From a bacterium (GTDB lineage Bacteria; Methylomirabilota; Methylomirabilia; CAVQYV01): a stretch of DNA of 37,261 nt. The notes under the pieces were generated by a model, which was given only the letters and a program-made list of their open reading frames with translations, was not told where the DNA came from and did not search any database. Positions 1-8,970 of the stretch are shown in pieces (the stretch's first letter is position 1; the number at the start of each line of letters is the position of its first letter). Location of the stretch: the NCBI GenBank assembly GCA_043800755.1, contig JAZDMQ010000159.1, positions 1 through 37,261 of the forward strand. Reading direction: 5' to 3'. The translations under genes were made by a program, and so were the position numbers.

Positions 1-9
1 TTAGATAGA

Positions 10-80
10 CCTCCGCAAACACAAACGGGCACCGTGCTCTCGTGCTGGAAGATCTTTCCGGTGCCCATTCATCTCTTTGC
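10..80 (-). promoter_or_regulatory. Structured 5' leader (long hairpin abutting RBS) of a gene starting just beyond the left edge
   Basis: Minus-strand RNA GCAAA-GAG-AUGAAUGGGCACCG...CGGUGCCCGUUUGU-G-UUUGC pairs from 80 to 15 and is followed directly by GGAGG (14-10). Confidence 0.55.
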
Positions 81-172
81 CCCTCCTGCAGACAGTGAAG
101 AAGGTTAAGGTCTTAATGGATATGGAGTGTTAGGAAGACTAGGCCTTGGAGAAAAGTTCCACTCTGTTTTGC

Positions 173-201
173 TATTTATACTTCTCAGGTTCTCGTGTCA
201 A
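173..201 (-). promoter_or_regulatory. Putative sigma70 promoter for the gene left of the window
   Basis: TTGACA at 201-196, then an AT-rich TATAAATA (180-173) at 15-17 nt spacing. Confidence 0.5.
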
Positions 202-238
202 TCCCCTTTTTGATGGAGTTGATGGCCGGGGAAGAGAA

Positions 239-1453
239 TTACTTCAGGAAGTGCTCCATCAGACGGTGGCCTTCGGGGAAGAAGACCCCGGAGGCCTTGG
301 CGGCCGCCTCATTGTACCTCGAGCCTTCCTTCGGCTCGGCATCGAGGGAGGAGATCAGGAAGGGGACCGGGTCATCGGTGTGGGTGCGCACAGCAATGGG
401 GGTGAAATGATCGCAGAGCAAGAGGACCTTGACACCCTTCTTGCCCTCGAGGCCCGCAATCACGGGCTGGATGATCCGGGCATCGAATTGCTCGATCGCC
501 TGGATCTTGGTTTGGATGTCCCCGCTGTGTCCGGCCTCGTCCGGGGCCTCCAGGTGCAGGAAGACGAAATCCAGCGCTTCAATGGCCTTCAGGAGCGCCT
601 CCGCCTTGCCCTGGTAGTTGGTATCCAAGAAGCCGGTCGCCCCGGGCACCTCGATCACCTCTAATCCTGCGGAGCGGCCCAGGCCTTTGACCAGGTCCAC
701 CGCCGAGATGATGGCCCCGGAGAGGCCAAATCTCTCCCGAAATGAGGGCAACGAAGGCGGCCTGCCCTGTCCCCAGAGCCAGATGAGATTGGCCGAGCGC
801 TTCCCCTCCTTCTCTCTCTGCTGGTTGAGGGGATGCGGCGCCAGGAGCTCATGAGAAGCATGCATCAGGGAGATGAGGAGATCAGCCCCCTCCCCCTGGG
901 GCAGGTGATCGGAGAGGGGCTCCCCGGAGATATCGTGGGGAGGGGTGCAATCCACCGCCTCCGGCCCATCCTTCACCACCAACAGATGGCGATAGCTCAC
1001 CCCTGGGTGAAACCGCCGGCCGTTGCCGCCCAGCTTCTCATCGAGGAGGCGGATCAGGGTCTCCGCCTCCTGGGAGGTAATGTGGCCGGCGCTGTAATCA
1101 ACCATCACGCCTTTCTGCAGGGGCGCCAGGGGAGAAGGGGTCTGGATGTTGACCAGGTTGCACCGAAAAACGACCTCTTCGGCAGAGAGGGAAAGCCCCA
1201 TGCTCGCCGCCTCTAAGGGCGCCCTGCCGGTGTAATACCGGGCCGGGCCATAGCCCAAGATGGAGAGGTTTGCCACATCCGATCCCTTCGCCATCCCCTC
1301 AGGGATCGTCCTTAGCCGCCCCAGGCTCCCCCTTGCGGCCAGGTAATCCATCCCCGGGGTGGAGGCCACCTCCAGCGGGGTCTTATCCCCCAATTCCGGC
1401 AGGGGATAATCTCCCATCCCATCCCCTAACAGCACGATGAACTTATGTTTCAT
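239..1453 (-). CDS. apgM: Cofactor-independent phosphoglycerate mutase, ApgM family (also proposed as an alternative homoserine kinase)
   Basis: LLGDGMGD, GSDVAN, YTGRAPLEAA, HLEAPDEAGH and DHFTP...HT.DPVP metalloenzyme motifs; overlaps the hom stop by 4 nt. Confidence 0.9.
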   Translation of the reverse strand: MKHKFIVLLGDGMGDYPLPELGDKTPLEVASTPGMDYLAARGSLGRLRTIPEGMAKGSDVANLSILGYGPARYYTGRAPLEAASMGLSLSAEEVVFRCNLVNIQTPSPLAPLQKGVMVDYSAGHITSQEAETLIRLLDEKLGGNGRRFHPGVSYRHLLVVKDGPEAVDCTPPHDISGEPLSDHLPQGEGADLLISLMHASHELLAPHPLNQQREKEGKRSANLIWLWGQGRPPSLPSFRERFGLSGAIISAVDLVKGLGRSAGLEVIEVPGATGFLDTNYQGKAEALLKAIEALDFVFLHLEAPDEAGHSGDIQTKIQAIEQFDARIIQPVIAGLEGKKGVKVLLLCDHFTPIAVRTHTDDPVPFLISSLDAEPKEGSRYNEAAAKASGVFFPEGHRLMEHFLK

Positions 1454-2754
1454 TCCCCATCGACCCTGATGCAGATCGTCTCTGCGGTGATGACCTCCAG
1501 TTGATCGATCTCCTTCAGTGCCCCCCTCGCATCCCCCTCCCGGGCCTCATGGGTCATCATCACCACCGGGACGCTGGATTCTGCGTGGCGCTCCTTTTGA
1601 ATGACCGAGGCGATGCTGATGTGATGATCCCCCAGGATCCCGGAGACCCGGGAGAGGACGCCCGGCTTGTCCAGGGCCGAGACCCTCATGTAATAGCGGC
1701 TGCGGGCCTCAGAGATATCCATGATCTGAATCCCTGCCTCCTCGGCCTTGCGCAACGGCAAGGAATTGGAGCGGGAGGGGCGGCCGGAGAGGATGTCCTG
1801 GGCGATCTCCATGATGTCCGAGACCACCGCCGAGGCCGTGGGCATCTGCCCTGCCCCCTGCCCGTAAAAGAGGAGGGGTCCCACCGCATCGCCCTTCATG
1901 TAGACGGCATTGAAGACCCCTCCCACCGAGGCCAGGATGTAGTGCTCGGGGATGAGCGTGGGATGCACCCTCACCTCCAGCCTCCCCTTGGACTCCTTGG
2001 CGATGGCCAGGAGCTTAATCTTGTAGCCAAACTCTCGGGCGTACTTGATATCGAGGGGGGAGATGGAGGAGATACCCTCCACATAGATTCGATCGAAATC
2101 CACATATCCGCCATAGGCGATGGAGGAGAGGATCTGCAGCTTGTGGGCCGAATCGTATCCTTCCACATCGAAGGTGGGGTCTGCCTCTGCATAGCCTTTC
2201 TCCTGGGCCTCGGCCAGGGCAGAGGCGAAATCGCGCCCCTCCTCCGACATCTGGGTCAGGATGTAATTCGCCGTCCCATTGATGATGCCCATCATCAGTT
2301 GAATCCGGTTGGCCACCAGGCCCTCCCGCAGGGAGCGCAGGATCGGAATCCCGCCGCATACGCTCGCCTCAAAGCCCAGATTCACCTTATTCTGTGCCGC
2401 CGCCCAGTAGATCTCCTGGCCATGGAGGGCCAGAAGGGCCTTGTTGGCCGTCACCAGATGCTTTCCGTTCCGCAGGGCCTTCAGGGAAAAGTCTCGGGCT
2501 GCCTCGATGCCGCCGATGAGCTCCACCACGATCTGAATCTCTTTATCTTCCACCACCTCATTGCCGTCGGTGGTGAGCAGGGAGCGATCCAGCTTGATCC
2601 CGCGAGGGGACTCCAGATTGAGGTCCGCGATCTTCTTGATGCACAAGGAGGCGCCGATCTTCTTGCTCAGCAAATCGGCGTGCTCCTGGATCAGTTTCAC
2701 CACGCCGGATCCTACCGTGCCCAACCCCAAAATTCCCAGATTGATCTGCGGCAT
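1450..2754 (-). CDS. hom: Homoserine dehydrogenase with C-terminal ACT domain
   Basis: GLGTVGSG, VTANKA, FEASVCGGIP, NGTANYIL, GYAEADPTFDVEG motifs; ACT domain DKPGVL. Confidence 0.97.
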   Translation of the reverse strand: MPQINLGILGLGTVGSGVVKLIQEHADLLSKKIGASLCIKKIADLNLESPRGIKLDRSLLTTDGNEVVEDKEIQIVVELIGGIEAARDFSLKALRNGKHLVTANKALLALHGQEIYWAAAQNKVNLGFEASVCGGIPILRSLREGLVANRIQLMMGIINGTANYILTQMSEEGRDFASALAEAQEKGYAEADPTFDVEGYDSAHKLQILSSIAYGGYVDFDRIYVEGISSISPLDIKYAREFGYKIKLLAIAKESKGRLEVRVHPTLIPEHYILASVGGVFNAVYMKGDAVGPLLFYGQGAGQMPTASAVVSDIMEIAQDILSGRPSRSNSLPLRKAEEAGIQIMDISEARSRYYMRVSALDKPGVLSRVSGILGDHHISIASVIQKERHAESSVPVVMMTHEAREGDARGALKEIDQLEVITAETICIRVDGE

Positions 2755-2768
2755 CCTGTTTTGCCCTC

Positions 2769-4574
2769 CTAACAGCTCTTCTTTTCCCGTTCCAACACGC
2801 GCAGAAATGCCTCCACCACCGAGGGGTCGAATTGCTGGCCGGATTTGGCAAAGAGCTCTGCCTTGGCCTTCCCGGTGGAGAGGCCCGACCGATAGGGCCG
2901 GTCCGAGGTCATGGCATCATAGCTATCTGCCACCTGCAGGACCCGGGCGCCGATCGGGATGTGGCCGCCGCTCAGACCATCCGGATAGCCTCTCCCATCG
3001 AAGGACTCGTGGTGATGGCGGATCAAGAACAGATCTTCTCCGGAAAAGGAGATGGGGTGCAGGATATTGGCCCCGATGAGCGGATGCCGCTTCATCACCT
3101 CGTACTCCTCCCGCTCCAAGATCCCCCGCTTGTGCAGGATCCCCTCCTCGATTCCGATCTTCCCGATGTCGTGCAAGAGCCCTGCGCACTGCAGGGCCTC
3201 CTGGAGTTCTTCTCCCAGCCTCATCTCCTCCGCAATCTGCAGGGCATAGGCCGTCACCCGCTCCGAGTGGCCCCGGGTGTAAGGATCTTTTGCCTCCAGG
3301 GCCAGGGCCAGGGATTGGACGCTGCTGATGTAGCTGTCCTTGAGATCCTCGTAGAGCCTCGCGTTTTCCAGGGCGACGGCGATCTGATTGCAGAAGGTCA
3401 TCACCAGATCGCGATCTGCCGGAGAGATGGGAAGGGGGCCGCTCTTCCGATCCGCCACCAGGGCCCCAATCGCCTTCCCCCGGGAGATGAGGGGAACGGC
3501 CATGAAGGATTGCCGATTGAGGATCTGGAACAAGGGATCGGGGAGATCCCTCTCCGGCTCCGGCAGCTCCCCGCCCCAAACGGGCTCCTTCCGATTTACC
3601 ACTTCCACCAGGAGATGGTCCCGGTCCTCCAGGGAGACCCGGTACTCCGGGAAGGAGGATGCGAATCCCTCCAGCTCTCCCACCCCCTGGGCGATCCTCA
3701 GACAGGCCTTGCCCTTATCGATCAAGAAGAGCAGGCCGCGATCGAACCCTAAGAGCGGGAACATGAGGTCCACGATCCTCCTCAGCAGGGCCTTGAGATC
3801 TAAGATCGAGACTATACCCTGGCTCGCCTCATAGATGGAGGCGAGCTGCTCGATTCGCCGCTCCAGAGAGAGGTTGAGCCGGTGGACCTCGTCGAACTTG
3901 GAGCGGAGCAGGGCCTGATCCTTCTCCATCTGAGAGATCGCATTCCGATAAAACCGGCGGGAAAAGGTGAGTCTCGACCAGATCCTCTTGGCGATCGGCT
4001 TCTCGGTCCATCCCCCGTGATACTCGCAGTAGGGGTCGCCCCGGAAATAGCACTTCTCCTCTACCAAGGTCCCGGGAGGCATATCCCAGATGGTGGGGAT
4101 CGCCGTGTAGATCCCCTGGTTGAACAGGCAGAAATCCCGGGAGAGGTCCAGATCCTTTCTCCAGTGCAGGCGGAAGACGGCCACTCCCTTTCCCATCTTG
4201 ACCAATTCCAGCCGGATGGTGCGGTTGAACTTGTCGTTGATCGCCTGGGCCTTGCGCAGGGCCACCTTGGGATGGGCCCGGGCCATGAGATAGATCCGCT
4301 GCACATAGCCGAACTGCTGTCCCCTGATGGCCTCGTAGCCGATCTTATAGGCCACCTCCTCGTCCCCCAAGAGCTGGCGGGCCCGGGCGAACATCTGCTT
4401 CGCCAGGCTGGTAGAGACCCAGTTGTTCAGGTCGGAGAGGTAGGCCTCCGGGTCGGGCAGGGCAGCGAACTCAGGGCCCAGGTCGGTCAGGAGGGATTGG
4501 ACACCTTCCTTCCTCTCTCGCCGCACATATTCGATGATCGCCTTGGTGGTATGGCAGCTGACATCCTTCTGCAT
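2769..4574 (-). CDS. HD-GYP cyclic-dinucleotide phosphodiesterase with N-terminal V4R/HNOB-like sensor and GAF domain
   Basis: KDPYTRGHSERV, HDIGKIG, HHHESFDGRGYP and VADSYDAMTSDRPYR; central GAF (VPLISRGKAIGALVAD...NQIAVALENARLY); N-terminal C..EEKC..GDPYCEY. ATG at 4574 chosen for its AGGTG RBS (track start 4592). Confidence 0.88.
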   Translation of the reverse strand: MQKDVSCHTTKAIIEYVRRERKEGVQSLLTDLGPEFAALPDPEAYLSDLNNWVSTSLAKQMFARARQLLGDEEVAYKIGYEAIRGQQFGYVQRIYLMARAHPKVALRKAQAINDKFNRTIRLELVKMGKGVAVFRLHWRKDLDLSRDFCLFNQGIYTAIPTIWDMPPGTLVEEKCYFRGDPYCEYHGGWTEKPIAKRIWSRLTFSRRFYRNAISQMEKDQALLRSKFDEVHRLNLSLERRIEQLASIYEASQGIVSILDLKALLRRIVDLMFPLLGFDRGLLFLIDKGKACLRIAQGVGELEGFASSFPEYRVSLEDRDHLLVEVVNRKEPVWGGELPEPERDLPDPLFQILNRQSFMAVPLISRGKAIGALVADRKSGPLPISPADRDLVMTFCNQIAVALENARLYEDLKDSYISSVQSLALALEAKDPYTRGHSERVTAYALQIAEEMRLGEELQEALQCAGLLHDIGKIGIEEGILHKRGILEREEYEVMKRHPLIGANILHPISFSGEDLFLIRHHHESFDGRGYPDGLSGGHIPIGARVLQVADSYDAMTSDRPYRSGLSTGKAKAELFAKSGQQFDPSVVEAFLRVLEREKKSC

Positions 4575-4598
4575 GCTGACACCTGAATGCAAGGGTCA

Positions 4599-6827
4599 TC
4601 ACCGGAAATAGGAGGGCAGCGCCTCCTCATAGGCATCGCGCATCCTCTGCGGGTCCACATTGAGGGAGAAGTTCCATCCCTGGAGCTGGAAACGATCCCC
4701 CTTGACCCTTCCTAAGAGGCTTGCCTTGATCCCATGGTGGCAGGCGACCTCCATCAGGTGCTCGATCCGGGACTCCGACAGGGAGATGAGGATGCGGGAT
4801 TGGGATTCCCCGAAGAGCAGGGCGTCGGCCCGCATGTCCTCTTTCAATTCTACCTCGATCCCCCAACTCCTCTCCGGGTGGGTAATGCAGGCCTCGGCCA
4901 GGGCAATCGCCAACCCGCCATCGGAGCAGTCGTGCGCCGATTTCACAATCCCCAGGCGGATCGCCTCCAGGCAGGCCCCCTGCACCGCCCTCTCCTTGCA
5001 GAGATCGAGCTGAGGCGGCCTCCCGCCCTCGAACCCATGGAGGAGCGCCAAATACTCGCTCCCCCCCAGCTCCTCCCGGTTCTCCCCCAAGAGGAAGATA
5101 AGGTCTCCCTCCTCCTTGAACCACTGGGATTGATGCAAAGAGACATCTTCCAGCAGGCCCACCATCCCCACGCAGGGGGTGGGAAAGATCGCCTGGCCCG
5201 AGGTCTCGTTGTAGAAGCTCACATTTCCCCCGGTCACTGGGACCTCCAGATACCGGCAGGCCTCGGCCATCCCCTCTACCGCCTCGGCAAATTGCCACAT
5301 GATCTCCGGATGTTCCGGGTTCCCGAAATTGAGGCAATTGGTGATCGCTAACGGACGCCCACCGGAGCAGACCACGTTGCGCGCCGCCTCTGCCACCGCG
5401 CTCATCCCCCCCAAGCGAGGATCCAGGTAGCAGTAGCGGCCGTTGCCATCCAGGCAGAGGGCAATCCCTTTGCGGGTCCCCTTCAGGCGAAGGACGGCCG
5501 CGTCCGATCCTGGCAGCACGGCGGTGTTTAGAAAGAGCATGTGGTCATATCGCTCCCAGACCATTGCCTTCCGGGCAATGTTGGGGGATCGCAGCAGGCA
5601 GAGGAGGATCTCCTCCAGGTCGAAGGGGATGGGCAAGATCTCCAGGTCCATCTCCTGCAGTCTCTTGAGATAGGCAGGCTCCTTCAGCGGGCGCTGATAG
5701 ACTGGGGCGTCCTCGGCCAGGGACTTGGCCGGGATCTCCGCCACCACCTGAGCCCCCTCCTTCACCCGCAGCAGGCCATCCTCGGTTACCTCTCCCACCA
5801 CCGCGACATCGAGGTCCCACTTCTTAAAGATCTCCTGCACCTTTCCCTCACAGCCTTTGCGGGCCACCAGCAGCATCCGCTCCTGGGATTCCGAGAGCAT
5901 GATCTCATAAGGGATCATCCCCTTCTCTCGGCGGGGGACCTTTGTTAGGTCGATCTCGATCCCGACCCCGCCGCGGCTGGCCATCTCGCAGGAAGAGCAG
6001 GTGAAGCCCGCTCCCCCCATATCCTGAATCCCCACCAGGCAGTCGGTGGCCATCAGCTCCAGGCAGGCCTCGATCAACACCTTTTCCGTGAAGGGATCTC
6101 CCACCTGCACCGTGGGCCTGCGCTCCTCTCCCCCGCTCCCGAACTCCTCGGAGGCCATGGTCACCCCATGAATCCCATCCCTTCCTGTCTTGGAACCCAC
6201 ATAGATGACCGGATTCCCCAGCCCCTGGGCCTTCCCCAAAAAGATCTTCTCCTGCGGGGCGATCCCCAGACAGAAGACATTGACCAGGGGATTCCCCCGG
6301 TAAGTCTCGGAAAAGAAGACCTCTCCACCCACGGTGGGAACCCCCACCGCATTGCCGTAGCCGGAGATGCCCGCCACCACCCCATCCAACAGATATCGGT
6401 TCTTGGGCTCTCGCAGCGGGCCAAAGCGCAGGGAATTGAGCAGGGCAATGGGCCGGGCCCCCATGGTGAAGATATCCCGAATGATGCCTCCCACCCCGGT
6501 GGCCGCCCCCTGGTAGGGCTCAATGTAAGAGGGATGATTATGGCTCTCGATCTTGAAGACCACGGCCAATCCGTCTCCGATGTCCACCACGCCGGCATTC
6601 TCCCCCGGTCCCTGGAGGATCGCCTTTCCCTTGGTCGGAAACCTCCGGAGATGGACCTTGGAGCTCTTGTAGCTGCAATGCTCTGACCACATCACCGCAA
6701 AGATTCCCAATTCGGTGAAGTTGGGCGTCCGTCCTAAGATCGTCTTGATCCGCTCGAATTCCTCCGGGGTCAGGCCATGCTGTTTCGCCAGGGCCTCGGT
6801 CACTTCCGGCTCAAATGCGGATGCCAT
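4599..6827 (-). CDS. purL: Phosphoribosylformylglycinamidine synthase subunit PurL
   Basis: [46 protein letters not shown] at 6827 after GGAGG. Confidence 0.98.
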   Translation of the reverse strand: MASAFEPEVTEALAKQHGLTPEEFERIKTILGRTPNFTELGIFAVMWSEHCSYKSSKVHLRRFPTKGKAILQGPGENAGVVDIGDGLAVVFKIESHNHPSYIEPYQGAATGVGGIIRDIFTMGARPIALLNSLRFGPLREPKNRYLLDGVVAGISGYGNAVGVPTVGGEVFFSETYRGNPLVNVFCLGIAPQEKIFLGKAQGLGNPVIYVGSKTGRDGIHGVTMASEEFGSGGEERRPTVQVGDPFTEKVLIEACLELMATDCLVGIQDMGGAGFTCSSCEMASRGGVGIEIDLTKVPRREKGMIPYEIMLSESQERMLLVARKGCEGKVQEIFKKWDLDVAVVGEVTEDGLLRVKEGAQVVAEIPAKSLAEDAPVYQRPLKEPAYLKRLQEMDLEILPIPFDLEEILLCLLRSPNIARKAMVWERYDHMLFLNTAVLPGSDAAVLRLKGTRKGIALCLDGNGRYCYLDPRLGGMSAVAEAARNVVCSGGRPLAITNCLNFGNPEHPEIMWQFAEAVEGMAEACRYLEVPVTGGNVSFYNETSGQAIFPTPCVGMVGLLEDVSLHQSQWFKEEGDLIFLLGENREELGGSEYLALLHGFEGGRPPQLDLCKERAVQGACLEAIRLGIVKSAHDCSDGGLAIALAEACITHPERSWGIEVELKEDMRADALLFGESQSRILISLSESRIEHLMEVACHHGIKASLLGRVKGDRFQLQGWNFSLNVDPQRMRDAYEEALPSYFR

Positions 6828-6829
6828 GC

Positions 6830-7528
6830 TCACCCCTCCCCCTTCCATCGCCGAATGATCGAGGAAAAGATCCCCCTTCCCTCCTCGGATCCCAAGATCT
6901 GCTCGCAGGCCCGCTCCGGGTGAGGCATCATCCCCATCACATTTCCCGCCTCATTCATGATGCCCGCGATGTTCTCCAGGGAGCCATTCGGGTTATACGC
7001 CTCGGAGGCCTCTCCCTTCCCGCCGCAGTACCGGAACAGGACCTGGCCCTTTTCATTGATCTGTCGCAGGGTGGCAAGGTCCGCATAAAAGCAACCTTCA
7101 TTGTGATTGATGGGGAGGCGCAAGACCTGTCCCGACTGAAAGGCATTGGTGAAGGCGGTCCTGCCATTTTCCACCCGGATAGGAACCTGCTTGCAGATGA
7201 AGTGGAGGTTCCGGTTGCGCATCAGGGCCCCGGGCAAAAGGTTCGCCTCGCAGAGGATCTGGAATCCATTGCAGATCCCCAGAACCAGGCCGCCTCCGGC
7301 AGCGAAGGCCTCCACCGCCTTCATGATGGGGGAGAAGCGGGCGATGGCCCCGGTGCGAAGGTAATCCCCATAGGAGAATCCTCCCGGCAGGACCATGGCG
7401 TCGTATCCAGAGACCTTCTCCTCTTTGTGCCAGAGCAGGTCCGCCTCTTGGCCGAGGACCTCCCGGAGGACATGCTGGCAATCCCTCTCGCAATTCGACC
7501 CGGGAAAGAGCACAATTCCAAAACGCAT
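6830..7528 (-). CDS. purQ: Phosphoribosylformylglycinamidine synthase subunit PurQ
   Basis: [41 protein letters not shown] at 7528 after AGGTGA. Confidence 0.97.
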   Translation of the reverse strand: MRFGIVLFPGSNCERDCQHVLREVLGQEADLLWHKEEKVSGYDAMVLPGGFSYGDYLRTGAIARFSPIMKAVEAFAAGGGLVLGICNGFQILCEANLLPGALMRNRNLHFICKQVPIRVENGRTAFTNAFQSGQVLRLPINHNEGCFYADLATLRQINEKGQVLFRYCGGKGEASEAYNPNGSLENIAGIMNEAGNVMGMMPHPERACEQILGSEEGRGIFSSIIRRWKGEG

Positions 7529-7533
7529 CGTTC

Positions 7534-7818
7534 TCACCTGTCTCGCTGAGCGGCCGGTTTCCTCTCCGCGGAGGCCTCCTCGACCTCATACCGGTAATCC
7601 TCGATCACCGGGTTAGCCAGGAGCTTCTGGCACATCTCCTCCACCTGGGCCCTGGCCTCCTCGGGAGAGACCCCGTCCATTTTGATTTCCATGACCTTTC
7701 CGATGCGGAGATCGGTCAGGCCCTTGAATCCCAGAGATTCCAGGGCATTGCGAACCGTCTTGCCCTGGGGGTCCAATACCCCTGGCTTCAGCGTCACCAG
7801 CACCCTAACCTTCACCAT
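7534..7818 (-). CDS. purS: Phosphoribosylformylglycinamidine synthase subunit PurS
   Basis: [10 protein letters not shown] and [10 protein letters not shown]. True start is ATG 7818 after GGAGG; the longer track ORF runs into mscS. Confidence 0.96.
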   Translation of the reverse strand: MVKVRVLVTLKPGVLDPQGKTVRNALESLGFKGLTDLRIGKVMEIKMDGVSPEEARAQVEEMCQKLLANPVIEDYRYEVEEASAERKPAAQRDR

Positions 7819-7931
7819 GGCCTTCCTCCACTCCAATCTCGCCTGAGGGCTGAAAATGGGTCGGCAGCTGCATCCCCACGGATGGCTGCCAGCAGTCTTC
7901 ACCTCATCCCTCCTCCCTCTGGCCCCGGACT

Positions 7932-8960
7932 TCACTTGCCATCCCAGAGCGACTCCTGCTGAAACCTCTCCCAGATCCGGGAGTAAATCCGATCGATGAC
8001 CTCCCTCTTCTTGCGGGAACTGGTGATCCAAAAGCTGAGGAGGAATTCGCAGACCTGGGGATTCAATTCCTGGATGTAGGCGCGAGGCGAAGGACCCTCG
8101 ATCACCTCCGGGATCCCTCTTGGAATCTCCTCTAGGATGGATCGCGCCAAGGACAAATCCTTTCCCGAGGGCACCTGCACTTTGATGGTGCAGGCCATTC
8201 GCTCATAGGGATAGGACTGATTGACAACCCGGGAGTCCACCAACTGGCTGTTGGGAATCACCATGACCGTCCCTTCCAGGGTCCTCAGTTTGGTGGATCG
8301 CATCCCGATCTCCAGGACATCCCCCTCCTCCTTGGAGGCGAGCTCGATCCGATCCCCGGGGAGGAAGGGCCGGTCCACCATGATGATGAAGCCAGAGATC
8401 ATGTTGCCCAGGGTATCTTTCGAGGCCAGGGCGATGGCCAGCGAGCCGACGCCCAGGGCCGCCACCAGGGAGGTCACACTGTAGCCGAAATGGGAGAGCA
8501 CGATGATCAGGGCCATGGCGAAGATGAAGAAAGTGACCACCTTGTCCACCAGGGGACTGAACTCTCCATAGAGGCGGGAGCCAGTCCTCTTGGCCACCTG
8601 GCCGGCGTGCCTGCCCATCAAGGCATCGAAGATGCGCTTGAAGATCAGGGCCCCCAAAAAGACGCCCAGGGTATAGATAATTCCTTGGATGGTCTGGGAA
8701 AGGAGGGGGGCGAGGTCCAGCTCCTCCGCCGCCAGATAGCCGCCCACCAGCAGGCAGAGAAAAAAGAGGGGCGAGCGCAGGATCGAGACCACCTGATCCC
8801 CCATCTCCGATTTGGCCCTCTGAGCAAAATAGTGGCCGGCCTTCCCCAGGATCCAGGAGAGCACCTTTCCCGTCACCCACGAGGCCAGGAGGACGATCAG
8901 GGCCATGCCCACCTCCTGCCCGCTGCCCGTGATCCCAATGCTTTTCAGCAGAGAATACAT
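7932..8960 (-). CDS. MscS-family mechanosensitive ion channel
   Basis: Several TM segments; LGVGSLAIALASKDTLGNMISG, DRPF..GD.I, G.V.EIGMRST, IPNSQL. Confidence 0.92.
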   Translation of the reverse strand: MYSLLKSIGITGSGQEVGMALIVLLASWVTGKVLSWILGKAGHYFAQRAKSEMGDQVVSILRSPLFFLCLLVGGYLAAEELDLAPLLSQTIQGIIYTLGVFLGALIFKRIFDALMGRHAGQVAKRTGSRLYGEFSPLVDKVVTFFIFAMALIIVLSHFGYSVTSLVAALGVGSLAIALASKDTLGNMISGFIIMVDRPFLPGDRIELASKEEGDVLEIGMRSTKLRTLEGTVMVIPNSQLVDSRVVNQSYPYERMACTIKVQVPSGKDLSLARSILEEIPRGIPEVIEGPSPRAYIQELNPQVCEFLLSFWITSSRKKREVIDRIYSRIWERFQQESLWDGK

Positions 8961-8970
8961 GATGCTCCCC

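Noticed and set aside
1501-2772. 423-aa plus-strand ORF, and similar long antisense ORFs (9136-10338, 13302-14639, 14760-16022, 15971-16951, 25045-26073, 30027-31055)
   Set aside because: They mirror well-supported genes on the opposite strand, show no protein motifs, and are expected shadows of high-GC codon bias.
7819-8031. N-terminal extension of the purS ORF in the track
   Set aside because: Overlaps mscS; a good RBS and ATG at 7818 give a normal-sized PurS.
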